A stretch of 64,000 bases of DNA from Callorhinchus milii (Eukaryota), in NCBI RefSeq assembly GCF_018977255.1, contig NW_024704742.1, positions 70,992,001 through 71,056,000 of the forward strand, read 5' to 3'. The notes below the pieces were generated by a model that saw only the letters and a program-made list of their open reading frames with translations, had not been told where the DNA came from and searched no databases. Both the position numbers and the translations under genes were made by a program. Shown here piece by piece: positions 49,330 to 62,300 of the stretch (the stretch's first letter is position 1; each line of letters starts with the position of its first letter).

Positions 49330-52300
49330 AAAGAGCCTGAGGAGGGAACTGAGTGAGGTGGAACAGAGTGAGAATTCTGTTAAGGAATTTGGTGAGAGTG
49401 GGAATTAGGTGCAGAGGGGGAAAGAGGTGCATAATTATAAAGTATATAAGGTATGTTATAATAACATAAAACATGTCTGGGAATATGGCGGGGCAGCTGA
49501 AACAGGTTGCATGCACGATGTGTGCTATGTGGAAACTCCAGGATGCTTTGTGTGCCCTGGACAGACATATGCAGGAAGTGCCTCCGGCTGCTCGAGCTTG
49601 ATTGAATGTGTCAGGAGGTGGTCACCCCACAGCCACAGAAGGCATGGTAGGAAGAGGGGACGGGCAGTGCAGAAATCCCCTGAGAGTGTGGCACTCACAA
49701 ACCGGTTCTCTGCACTGAATACCAGTCGGGGTGATGACACCTCTTGGGAGGGGAGTCAGAAGCAAATGGATGCACAGGGGGACACAGGAAAGAGTGTCAG
49801 TGCAAATTGTCATTGGGGACACAATGGTGAAAGGAGTAGACAGGCAGTTCACAACCAAAATGTGACTCTCGCATGATATGTTGCCTCCCTGGTGCCAGGG
49901 TTGAAGACATCACAGAATGGGTGCAAAACACTCTACAGGGGGAAGGGGAACATCGAGAAGTTGTGGTCCATGTTGGGATCCATGATGTAGGGAAAAAAAG
50001 GGCTGATTTCCTAAAGGGAGAGTGTCAGAAGTTAGGGAAAAGGCTGAAGAGTAGGACCTCAAAGGTGGTGATCTCTGTATTACCCCCAGTGCCTTGTACA
50101 AGTGAGTATCAAAACAGCAGGATGAAACACATGAATGCATGGCTGGAGAATTGGTACGTAAAGTAGGGCTTCAGGTTCCTGGGTCATTGGGACCAGTTCT
50201 GGGCAGATGGGACCTGTACCTGATGCACCTGAATAGGGCTGAGACCAATGTCATCACAGGGAGGTTAACCAGTTCTGTGGGGAAGGGTTTAAACTAATTT
50301 TGAAGGGGGGAAGGGAATCAGGATGCAGCATTAGAGAGGACAAACAAGTTCCATAGAGGGCTGGGAGAGACGAATAGCAATGTAATAAGGAGTAATCCAG
50401 AAAAAGGAGGGATTAGACAGGGGAGAAATGCAGAACAGACTAAGTCGGTCTTGGAGTGCATGTGCATAAATGCACGGAGTGTGATAAATAGATTGGTGAG
50501 CTGCAAACTCAAGTTGCCACGTGGGGTTATGATGCAGTTGCAATAACAGAGACCTGGCTCAAACAAGGGCAGGAATGGGAACTGAATATTTCTGGCTACA
50601 GTGTATTCAGGAGGGATAGGGAAGGAAAAAAAAAGGAGGGGGGTTGGCAATATTGATTAAAGACACAATTACGGCCCTGGAAAGGCACGAAACAGAATCT
50701 GTTTGGTTAGAGCTAAGGAGCAGAAAAGAAGCTGTTACTCAGTTAGGTGTATACTATAGCCCACAAAATAGTGGGGAGGAGATAGACAAGCAGATCTGCA
50801 AGCAGATTTCAGAAAGATGCAAAATCAATAGGGTAGCGATAATGGGGGACAATTATCCTAACAGACTGGCAAAATAACAATGTGAGGGGGAAGGATTCCT
50901 GAAATTTGTGCAGGATAACTTTCTGGACCAGTATGTTTCCAGCCCAACGAGGAAGGAGGCAGTGCTGGATCTAATTCTGGGGAGTGAAATGGGGTAAGTG
51001 GAGCAGGTTTCATTAGGAGAGCATCTGGACAACAGTGATCACATCATCATTAGGTTTAGAGTACTTATGGAAAGGGACAAGGAACTATCAAAGGTGAAGA
51101 TATTTAACTGGAGGAGGGCTAATTTCAGTGAGGGACCAAGCCAAGGTGGACTGGAAAGAAAACTTGGTAGGTAAAACAACTAACGAGCGATGGCAAGCCT
51201 TCAAGGAGGAGCTAGTTCGGAGACACAACAAATGCATTCCCACAAAGGGGAAAGGTAGGGCATCCAAAAATCCCTGGATAAATAAGGAATTGGGATTAAA
51301 ATAAATCAGAAAAAGGAGGCTTATGATAAATGTCAGGTCCAAAATACAGAAGATAATCAAATAGAATATAGAAAGTTCAGAGGAGAACTGAAAAAGGAAA
51401 TAAGAGGGGCAAAGATATTGTATGAGAAAAGATTAGCAGGTAACATAAAAGGGAACCCTAAGGTATTTTATAAGTGTATCAAGAATAAAAACTTAGTCAA
51501 AGGTAGGGGTGGGTCCAATTAGGGACCAAAGAGGAAACCTTCTCGTGGAGGCAGAGGGCATGGCTGACGTACTGAATGAGTCTTTGCATCTGTCTTCACA
51601 AAAGAGGATGCAGCCAATGCTACAGTATTGGAGGAGAGGGTAGAGAAATTGTATAAAATGAGAATAAACGGAGAGGAGGTACTGTAATAATAATTCTTGC
51701 ATTTGATATAGCGCTTTTCACATCTTCTCGATGTCTCAAAGTGCTTCACAGAATAGACTGTAAAGTGAATTGACTGTGTATTTGTGGACGAAACGCGGCA
51801 GCCAATTGCGCACAGCAATGTCCCACAAACAGTCATGGATTGAAAATGACCAATTTATTATTGTTTTGTTTTGGAGGGATTATTATAAGTCGTGTGGGTT
51901 AGGAAACTTGCCCAAGGTTTCACCCTGCCTGGAATTCAACCCAGGTGTCTCGCTTGCAAGGCGAGTGCTCTAACCACTGAGCTACAGGACTCCAATAGTA
52001 GAAGGATTGTCAGTATTTAAGGTAGATAAGTCACCCAGTCCGGACGGGATGCATCCTAGGTTACTGAGGGAAGGGTGGAAATAATGGAAGCTCTGACCAC
52101 AATCGTTCAACCCTCCTTGGACACCGGGATGGTGCCAGAGGACTGGAGGGTTGCAAATGTTACTCCCCTGTACAAAAAGAGGTAGAAGAATAAACCCAGG
52201 AACTACAGGTCAGTCAGCCTAACATCAGTAGGGGGGAAACTTCTAATAATAATAATAATAACTTCTAGACTATAAACCGGGACAAAATACATTTTCACTT

Positions 52301-53200
52301 AGAAAAACATGAGTTAATAAAGGACAGCCAACATGGATTTGTTAAAGGCAAATCGTGTCTTAACAAACCTGATAAGAGTTTTTTGATGAAGTAACGGAGA
52401 GGGTGGATGAAGGTAGTGCAGTTGATGTCATTTATATGGATTTTCAAAAGACATTTGATAAAGTGCCACATAAGAGACTTAAACAAAATAGAAGCCCAGG
52501 GTATTAAAGGGACAGTGGCAGCGGATACAGAACTGGCTGTGAGACAGAAAGCAGAGTGGTGGTGAATGGTTGTTTTTCACTGCAGGAAGTGTGCAGTGGT
52601 GTCCCCCCAGGGGTCAGTATTGGGAATACTGCTGTTTTTAATCTATGTAAATGACCTGGACTTGGGTGTAGGGAGTACAATTTCCAAGTTTGCCGATGAT
52701 ACTAAGCTAGGAGAAGTAGCAAACAGTGAGGAGGATAGTAGCAGACTGCAGGAGGACATAGACAGACTGGTAAAATGGGCAGAGACGTGGCAGATGAAGT
52801 TTAATGTGGAGAAATGCGAAGTGATGCATTTTGAGAGGAAGAATGAGGAGAGGCAATATAAGCTGATGGTACAATCTTAAAGGGGGTGAAGGAACGGAGA
52901 GACCTGGGGGTTCATATCAGTAAATCTTTGAAGGTGGCAGGACAGGGAGATAAAGCTGTTAAAAAAGCATACGGGACACTAAGCTTTATAAATAGGGGCA
53001 GAGAATACAAAAGTCAGGAAGTTATGATGAACCTTTATATAAAACACTGGTTAGGCCTCAGCGAGAGACTGTGTTCAGTTCTGAGCACTACACTTTAGGA
53101 AGGATGTCAGGGCATTGGAGAGGGTGCAAAGGAGATTTTCCAGGATGGTACCAGGAATGAGGGACTTCAGTTATCAGGAGAGGTGAGAGAAGCTGGGATT
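49330..53200 (+). mobile_element. Decayed CR1 LINE with ORF1 and ORF2, filling most of pcgf1 intron 1
   Basis: ORF1 start near 49485 with a CxxC motif, and an esterase-like block (CCLPGARVEDI...VVVHVG). ORF2 endonuclease motifs (INARS, ITETWL) and RT motifs (PQGSVLG, FADDTKL). Many stops and frameshifts. Interrupted by a SINE at about 51686-51993. Confidence 0.88.
51686..51993 (-). mobile_element. Short-subfamily SINE inserted in the CR1
   Basis: Family sequence interrupting CR1 ORF2. Confidence 0.85.
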
Positions 53201-53262
53201 ATTATTTGTTATTTTTGCGTAATGACCTTAGGTTTAGGCCCTGTAGGTATTCAACTCGCTGA

Positions 53263-53529
<267 letters not shown>

Positions 53530-56500
53530 TGAGGAATAGACCATTCGACCAACAAAGCTCTTTCCCACTAGTTCATTAATTGGAACCAGCCTTTTGGTAA
53601 CTCAGCCTTGCAATGCATCCTCTGCCCTACCACCATCTTTCCGATTCTATGCCCTTGATCTCAGGAACTCACTCCCTCGACCCGTCCATTTCAGCCCCAC
53701 CCGCCCCGTCTTTAAGTCCACCTTAAAAACTACCCCTTTGATTCTGCCGATGGTCACTTCCCCCCCCTCTCCCTCTCTCCTCCTGCCTACTTGGCCTCTG
53801 TCTTTGCCGCTGTCAATTGCTCGGACAGTATTCTACGTAAAGGGTGCTGCATAAAAGTTATTGTTAACACTCATTTGTAGATTCAACTGCATCAAATATA
53901 CCCCCAAGATTGATGGTTCATTTCAAATATTTACTTCTTGTGTAAAGGTTTTTCCTGACATTCTGATCCTCTCCTCCGATCTAACAATAACAATTTAGAC
54001 TTGAGAGGCCAGTCAACTCTTGCCATTTCTGCGTCCATAACTAAATAATAATTCTTACATTAGATTCAGTGGTCTTTCGTGTTAGGAAGATGTCTTAAAG
54101 CGCTTCCAGGATTTGCTGAAAAGTGTAGTGGCTGTGTATTTTGTAGGTAAACACTACAGCCAATTTGTGCAAAGCAAATGTCCCACAGACAGCCAGGAAT
54201 TGATCCAACCTTCCTGCTCTTTCCCCAAACCCCTGTGGTACTGCTGCTGTTATCTTTTGAAGGATCCTGTTCACCCAATCTCATTGGCCATTTGCATGTT
54301 TGTATTGTGTCCCCTTTGACATTGTCCCTTTATTTTACTCTTTCCACCCTTCACCTCCCTCCTCCATTGCATGGCTGTCAGGGCAATGCAGATAGCTTTC
54401 CTCCATACTCTCACAACGTTCTGCTGAGAGGTGAGACAAGGCGGCTTGTGTGAGCCATTCTCCCTCCCTTCCTCTTCTTCCTTTTGAAGTGCATCTGGCT
54501 TTTACCTTGAAGGTAAATGGAGTCAAACAGTCATTCATCTTGTAATTTAAACCAAAGTGTTGCATAGAAACACAGAAAGTTTTTGTGGTGTAAGAGTCAG
54601 CCGTTCAGCACATTGTGTCTGCACCAGAGTCGAGCTCTGCAGGCGCTTGGCTTCCCACTGATTCTGGCAAGTGTGCTTCTTTGGCTGTAGTTTCAGCAGA
54701 CCCACCCCTGGCTGTGTGAACCACGATACTTTCCTTCTATCACTGAGGACTGGAGTGCACACCCGCTGTTTCTGTCACTCCCAGTTATCAAAATGCACTT
54801 TGATTTTTACATGCGTTCAGAAGAATTCACAATGCATGTCCCCAGTGTACCCTAGATGGTTTACAAACTACATTCACACTAAATCAATTACTGCCATCTC
54901 CATACGCGAACCTTGAAAGCCTCCTGCAGTAAATGCCGCTGATGTAGTTATGGCTCAGAACTAAGCAAATACATTGTGAAATCTTGATGCAATTTGGCAC
55001 TTTACCCTCTTCTGTATTTTGTGTTGGAAATGGATGATGCTGGCAGAGCTGCAAGGGTGATGTATAATCATTGGGCTCTGGCCTGCAAACTATACAAATA
55101 AGGCGTTGAGGCATCTCAAAGCTCTTGCTTCACAGGATTTTACTGTGAAGTGTAGTTACTGTGCATTTTGGAGTGAATGCAGCAGCCGCTTTTGCGCACC
55201 AAAATATGTCCCATCTGTCTGTTTGGGTGGACATAAAAAATGCCATGACAATGGTGGAAAAGAAAAGGGCGTTCTCCCATTGTCCTGGCCAGCAATCCCC
55301 CTGGATAATGATAATAATCCTTGCATTTAATATAGCACCTTATCACGTTGTTGAGATGTGTCAAAGGGCATCACTGGATATATTGTAAAGTGGATTGACT
55401 GTTTATTTTCTGGGCAAAAGCGACAAGACAATTGCGCACAGCAGTGTCCCACAAACAGTTGTGGATTGAGTGACTTAAATTTTTTTTTGAGTAATTATTA
55501 TCCTTGGAAAGCGATTTGCCAATTGGCTAACAACCGGGTTCCTACTTACTGCAAGGTAAATAGTGGAGCATGGAGTAAAGAAAACTGCCGAAGGATTTGT
55601 CCCGCCTGGGAATCGAACCTGGGTCCTTTCGCTTGTGGGGATAAATTAATCAGGCTGTTTATGGATCTTGCTGTATGAAAATGAGCTGTCGTGTTTGCCT
55701 GCAAGCAAACTGTCACTACACGTGAAGCTCTGCGAGATTTTTGTTCAGTATTGTAGGCGCTACATCAAATACAATATTATTGACATTTATCATTGTCCCA
55801 CTAACTGAAAGATAGCCAGATGACCTGGATCTGTGACTCTCCCATTGCTACTGAGACGTTTTATTTGATCTATTGTATTGAACTGTTGACGGAGGCGATA
55901 CTGTAGTACTGTACGAAGTATGCACATATCTTGGCTATGGTAACACTCAGTTCCCAGTAACACCCACCAGATGGTATCATTTCCCCAGAAATGGTTAAGG
56001 GTTCAGTCAAAGTTTTCAAAATGACTTGGGATTTAAAATGTGGGAATGGCTGGATTAAGCTGAATTGGTGATAAAAACGCAAAGAAAACATCCGTTTTTC
56101 AGTCATTCTTAAAAGAAACTTACAGAAAAACGGCATCAAAACAGGGATTATTTATAATAATTAAAATAAAAATCCACGCATTGTTGAAGACAAAGTGCTT
56201 CACAGAATATATTGTAAAATGGATTGACTGTATTTTGTGGGCGAACCACAAGAACCATTTCATGCACAATTGTCCCACAAGCAGTCGTGGATTGTGTGAC
56301 CAATTTAATTTAGGAATTTGTCAAGTTTTGCACGCTCTGAAATGCTAAGAAAGTAGAATAAATCTAGACCGGAGTAGAACGTCCTATTTTCCCTTTATGC
56401 CTCCCTCCGTCCCTGCCTTTAAAGCCTGCCTTGAGACCTTCAGTTTCAACTGTGCTGTTGGTCCCAGTCACTTTGACTCGCCCCCCTCCCTTGCCTCCTT

Positions 56501-56944
56501 CAAACCCAATCTCTAACCCTCCTCTTCGATTGCACCTTTGGTCACCCTCCTACCCCCCACCTTCCCTGCCCTCCCCCCGTCCTGATCCCAACCCCTGCTC
56601 AGGTCCAAATCTGACTGTCCAAGGGGCTTGGGACGTCCTCCCGACATAAAAGACACTGTACACATGTAATTTGTTGTTGTTGTCACCCTCTTCAGCATCC
56701 CGGTCAGCTGTTTAAAATGCTTTGAGGTGTCGTTCAGGCTCACTGTACAAATATATAAATTGCTGTTTTTGAAATAATTTTCTAAATGTCTGTTAAAAGG
56801 TAGTATTAATCTGCACCTTGCAGTAGTATTAATATGCAACTTACATTCAGTCTCTCCTCTCTCCCCCCCCCCCCCAATAAGGAGAATAAACAAATCACAG
56901 TGTTAAATTTCAGGAGAGTGAGTGAATCTCTCGTTCCATTGCAG

Positions 56945-57097
56945 TCTGTAAGAGCTGCATAGTGAAGTATCTGCAGACCAGCAAATACTGTCCGATGTGC
57001 AACATCAAAATCCACGAGACACAGCCCCTGCTCAACCTGAAGCTGGACAGGGTGATGCAGGATATCGTCTACAAGCTCGTCCCAGGCCTGCAGGAGA
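56945..57097 (+). CDS. pcgf1: pcgf1 exon 3 ([51 protein letters not shown])
   Basis: ttgcag| acceptor and A|gtaagt donor; 153 bp; completes the RING finger; near-identical to vertebrate PCGF1. Confidence 0.95.
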
Positions 57098-57506
57098 GTA
57101 AGTCCATCTGCCTAACCCATAGCAGCCTCATGTCACAGTCAAACGATATCAACCGCACGCGCTGCCCGCACATCACAGGCTCCTGTACTGCACCCTCTGG
57201 TTCTACCTTACAGTAGAGAACCCAATACTTGCACTGATCACACTAGCCTCAATCTTGACAACAATAATAATAATCTTTGCATCCTTCCAAACTCAGCAAA
57301 AACGGGATTAGTTGCATTGTTTCATTGTGTGTGGACGGTGGGAATGGAGAGGGGGGGGAAGGACTGACAGATTTAGGTGCTGCTTTGGTAACATTAAGTC
57401 ACTGCGCTTCGAAGTAATTGATTGTGGAAAGCACGGTGAGGTGTTTACACTGTGTAATCTAAGGATTAATTTTTGATTTAACTGGGGATTGTGTTCCTTT
57501 TCACAG

Positions 57507-57578
57507 GTGAAGAGAAGCGGATTCGAGAGTTTTATCATTCTCGGGGGCTGGACAGAGTCGTCCAACCAGTAAATGAAG
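57507..57578 (+). CDS. pcgf1: pcgf1 exon 4 (SEEKRIREFYHSRGLDRVVQPVNE)
   Basis: ttcacag| acceptor and G|gtatga donor; 72 bp, in frame. Confidence 0.93.
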
Positions 57579-57814
57579 GTATGAAAGCTTCAGCTTTCCT
57601 CCTGTTATCGGAGTTGGTCAGTATTCAGCAAACCTGCAGCACAATACAGTGTAGGAACATAAAGCCATCTAGTCCACCTTCAACCATCCTGGTTATTTCA
57701 TGATGCAGTAATAGAGATGTTGATAACAATTCTGTATGGATTCCTCTACAACAGAGCGAAAAACATTCAGCACCTTGCACTGGAGTGTCAGCCTGGATTG
57801 CAATTTACCAACCA

Positions 57815-58375
57815 GTGACTATCCTCCTTTCGGGTGAGGTATTACTGGGTGGCTGAACTAGCTCCAACGTGACTGGAATGTCGGAATTGAGTCCACCCTC
57901 TGTCATGGTCTCTGGTCAGGTTCCTGAGCCTGGTGGGTCTGCAGTATTCCAGGGCACAGCCCGGCTTATTGACAGGACTTGGCAGGGCAGCCCAGTCACT
58001 GGGACAGTCACTCAGCTTCTGATAACCCTGCAAACTAAGGCCCTAACGGTAAGGGTGGTCCTAGCTGGACAAACAGTGGAAAAGCTTGTCAGGGTGCAAT
58101 ATCAATGACAAGCTTTGCAGTTTTAGCTGGTTAGACTCTTTCAGAACCCCACTGCACACTGAGGTAGCCAAGTCTTGGCTCTCATCAATTTGCGCCTAAT
58201 ACTCCAGAATTGGGTGAGCAGGATATGTCCCTCAAGGGAGAGAGTGCACATTCCATTCCAGACATAGGGAAAATTTACATATGCAGAACTGTGTCTGGTT
58301 TGGATACTCCTAAGCACGGTGATGGGTTTCCGTGTGTGTCGGTCACCCGGTTGACCAAAGCAAAGCCTGAATACC
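57815..58375 (+). repeat. Unclassified hairpin-rich interspersed repeat, most complete copy
   Basis: Homologous segments at 2045-2220 plus 2989-3320 (-), 5385-5655 (-), 9575-9660 (-), 13850-14050 (+), and 63290-63427 plus 63743-63900 (+). Confidence 0.75.
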
Positions 58376-58559
58376 AAGTCCTCAATGTGGACCCTCAAGA
58401 GTTTGGAGCCCCAAATTAGTCTTAGCCTCTGAAACTGTTTTGTCTTATAACTTCAAAAAGTACAGAATTATACAGAATTCTTAAATTTTACCCTTTAATT
58501 TGGAATCTGTTTCTCTGCTCCCTCCACCGCACCCAAATTGGCGAATGAACTGACCAATA

Positions 58560-59210
58560 TATCCATACCCACTCCACCTCGCTGAGCCAGTCCGGAAACT
58601 TGGTGTCTTGTTTGACCCTCAACTGTCCTTTCTACCACACATCCATGTCATGATACACTCTGCCTTCCCCCACCTCCGCAATATCACCCAGCTCCACCAC
58701 TGTCTTACACCACAGGCCGCCAAAACCCTCATCCACACACTTATTACGTCTAGACTCAACTATGCCAACTCCCTGCTTGTCGGCCTTCCCAATTCTTCCT
58801 TGCACAAGCTTCAGATCATCCAGAACTCTGCAGCTCATGTCCTCTCCCACACCAGGCTCCATGATCCTATCACCTCCATCCTCACCCAGCTCCACTGGCT
58901 CTCTATCCCCCAGAGGATAGAGTTCAAAATCCTCGCCTGCGAAGCCCTCCATGGCCGTACCCCTTCCTACCTCTGTGACTGCTAATGCCATATCAACCCG
59001 TCCACTCCTTCCATTCAGCGTGCTCCGGCCTGCTCCATGTCACCTGCCTGGCCTGCCCCATCATCTGCGGTCAGGCCTTCATCCTCTGGGATTCCATTCA
59101 CAGACCCTTCCCCCACCCATCCTGATGCCAACTCACAGCTCAGGTCCAAATCCCTAACTGTCCTCCTGACGTGAAAGGCGTTATACAAATGTAATATGTT
59201 GTTATTGTAT
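58560..59210 (+). mobile_element. 5'-truncated L2 in pcgf1 intron 4
   Basis: FDPQLSF...RLNYANSLL...LHWL motif and 3' tail. Confidence 0.82.
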
Positions 59211-59292
59211 ATGTAGTGTGTTAATGGTTCAATTATTATTCATAATTTCAATTCTTTTTTTATCCCACCCATTTTCCCTTCACTCCCCCCAG

Positions 59293-59398
59293 CTCTGACG
59301 CCGGATCTCGCCAGTTCACCCTACACTACTTTTGATCACTCCAAAGCTCACTACTACCGGTTTGACGAGCAGGTCTCTCTCTGTCTAGAAAGGCACGG
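59293..59398 (+). CDS. pcgf1: pcgf1 exon 5 (ALTPDLASSPYTTFDHSKAHYYRFDEQVSLCLERH)
   Basis: Long pyrimidine tract with ccccag| acceptor and GG|gtgagt donor; 106 bp. FDHSKAHYYRxDEQ and LCLER match PCGF1 at the start of the RAWUL region. Not in the ORF track; translated by hand. Confidence 0.92.
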
Positions 59399-62300
59399 GT
59401 GAGTCTCTTTCTTCGGTTAAAGCAAAACTTAAAGATGTTGGGGGAGGAATCTCCCACTGGCCAGCCAGACAGTAACCAGAGAGCATCAGATTCCAGATTA
59501 TCAGAAAATATGAAGGGAGAGGTTAGTTTTTTTTTATATATGTAGAATACATTCAATAAAATGTATTTATATAGTGTGTTTCATGTCAGAACGACATCTT
59601 GAGGTGCTGGGCAGTCAAGTTTGTACCCGAGCTGGAGGTTGGATTGGGGGGAAGATGACCGAAGGCACACGTGCACATACACACACATAGCTATAGGAAG
59701 TCATAAGAGCCTCTCCACCTGTCTTGAAATCCTGCCTTAGAAATGTACCTCCTTTACCCCACCAATGGTCACCTCACCCTTCCTCTGCATCTGACCCCTT
59801 TGTGAAACGCTCCCAGATGAAAGGCTGTTGTTATTGGTTGTTTGATCGTTCACTTCACGGCTGGTTGCAGCGACATTGCTGTGCACAAATTGGCTGCAAT
59901 GTTTTGCCTACGAATACAGTCACTGTGAAGTGCTTTGATACGTCCTCCTGAAGTGAAATGCTCTGTATCAAATGTAAGGATTGTTATACTCATTCTTCAT
60001 TTCTCCTCATCCCATCATTGTTGATGGAGCTTCAATCGCTCTGCTCTCGGGAACTTTCTCTCAAATTCCCTACCTTCAAAAATCTTGCTGATCAGCATTC
60101 TCTTTGAGGTGTAGTTTGTGGAGTCCTGTAGCATCCTGGTTAGCACGCTCACCTTGCAAGTGAGAGGACCCAGGTTCGATTCCTGGGCAGAGCGAAACCT
60201 TAGGCAAGTTTCCTTTACAATATATTCTGTCTTGGGGACGTCTCAACGACACGATAAGGCCATATACCAAATATTATATTGTAGATGTACATCCTACATA
60301 AAAAGGCACTACATAAGTGTAAGGTATTGTGATGCAGTGTGCCGGTGGGGGGCTGGGTGAGAGAAGGCAGGAGATGTGACAGTTTGCTAGCACTGCAGTT
60401 GTGGTGTGTATACAGCACGGGCAAACAACTCTCTCCCACTGCCAAGCCTGTACATCTGAAAAAGGGTTTGGCTCAGCTGGGCGAATGTTAATTTCAAGTG
60501 TGACGGACAAGGTGAAGAGAGGTTCACAGCGCAATTTAGTCAGTGTGTATTTGATCGGAGCGAAGCTGTGACCCCTCTTACGCTGTTATTGAGAGAGCTG
60601 TGGCACGGTGTGACAATTACTTTTATTGTCCCCAGAGGTGGTGTGTGGAGGTGGGGGGGTAGTATAGTGGAAAGGAGAGGGAGGAGAGCCAAGAAGGTGG
60701 TTGGAATTGTACTGTGCAGAAGGTAGAGAGAAACATGTTCAATCAATACACCAGAGAGAGAAATGAAAATTCCTATTGACTGACTAGTCCAGCGTCCAGA
60801 TTCATCACTCAATCTGCTGGATTTACAGCAGCTGCCAGGCATTTCAGGGGGAGGGAGGGATGGAGAGGTCGATACTAATTCTGAAGCAATTAGTTTTGGA
60901 TCTGTCGCTCTGTTCACTCGCTCGGCCTCTTGTACAGAGCTGCCGTAAACTTCTGAAACCACTCACTTGCAGGGATTGCAGTGGGTTGATCGAGTTTTAC
61001 CGGCGATGGGTTTTCCATTTGTATAGCACTCTCCGGGTGCAGAAGGTGTCTCAAATCACTCCGTACAGCTGACTGGGAGCTGGAGTCGGCTGTGTGGGGG
61101 GTGTGGGCGGGGAGAGAAAGAGATTGTAATGTGACTGCGAAACCGTGGTTGAAAAGATTTTGAAGGTGGGGATGGGGACAGGGGATGGTAGTGTTGGGAA
61201 TCTGGGATGGAGGTCCTTAGTGCAAAGAACAAAATGGCTGAAAGCTCGCCCGATGATGGGGTGGGATATCGATAATCCTTAATAATCCTTGCATTTGATA
61301 TAGCTCCTTATCATGTCTGCAAGACATCTCAAAGCACTTCATAGAATATACTGTAAATTGAATTGACTGTATTTTGTGGGAGAAACACAGCAGTCAAATT
61401 ACGCACAGCAGCGTCCCACAAACAATCGTGGATTGAGTGACCACATTTGTTTTTAAAAGGGATTATTACCCCCAGAAAGCAATCCGTCAATCGACTAATA
61501 AATGGGTTCCTACTTACTGCTAGGTAAACAGAGGCGTAGAGAGTAAGAAAACTTGACTATGGTTTTGCACTAGCAGGAAATTGAACCAGGTCCTCTCGGG
61601 TGCTAGGCGTATGCTCTAACCAGTAAGCTACAGGACTTCAAGGGATAAGATGGGGAAGTGCAGCAAACTCATAATTTGCTGAGCGTCTGGAATGCTAGGG
61701 CATTTAGGGTCACAGTGGGTCTCCACTTCTTTCCAAGCCTTCTCTAAAGATTAGAAGTGAGATCAGACTATTTTTTCACATAGGTGAGGATGAAGAGCCC
61801 ACTGACCCCACAATAATAATCCTTGCATTTGATATAGTGCCTTATCACGCCATTGAGATGTCTCAAAGCACTTCATAGAATATATTGTAAAGTGGATTGA
61901 TTATATTTTGTGGGCGAAACGCAGCAGCGAATGGCACACAGCAGTGTCTCACAAACAGTCATGGTTTGAGTGACAATTTTTTTTTGAGTGATTATTATCC
62001 GCAGAAAGCGATCCACCAAACAACTAACACTGTAACTTGCCTAAGGTTTCGCCCTGCCTGGGAATCGAACTCTGGTCCTCTCGCTTGTGAGGCAAGTGCT
62101 CTATCCACAAGGCAGTAAAGGCAGAATGAATTAAAAAGAAGATAAGTGTTTGAGAAGTGAGTTTAAGGGATGTGAGAAAAAGCAGGGAAATAGGATTAAA
62201 AGATCTGCCACGATCTAATAAATTGGTGGAACAGGTTTACGGGCTGAATGGCTTCCTCCTGTTTCTTTGTTGACAAAGAAGCAGCCAAGTATGAGGGATT

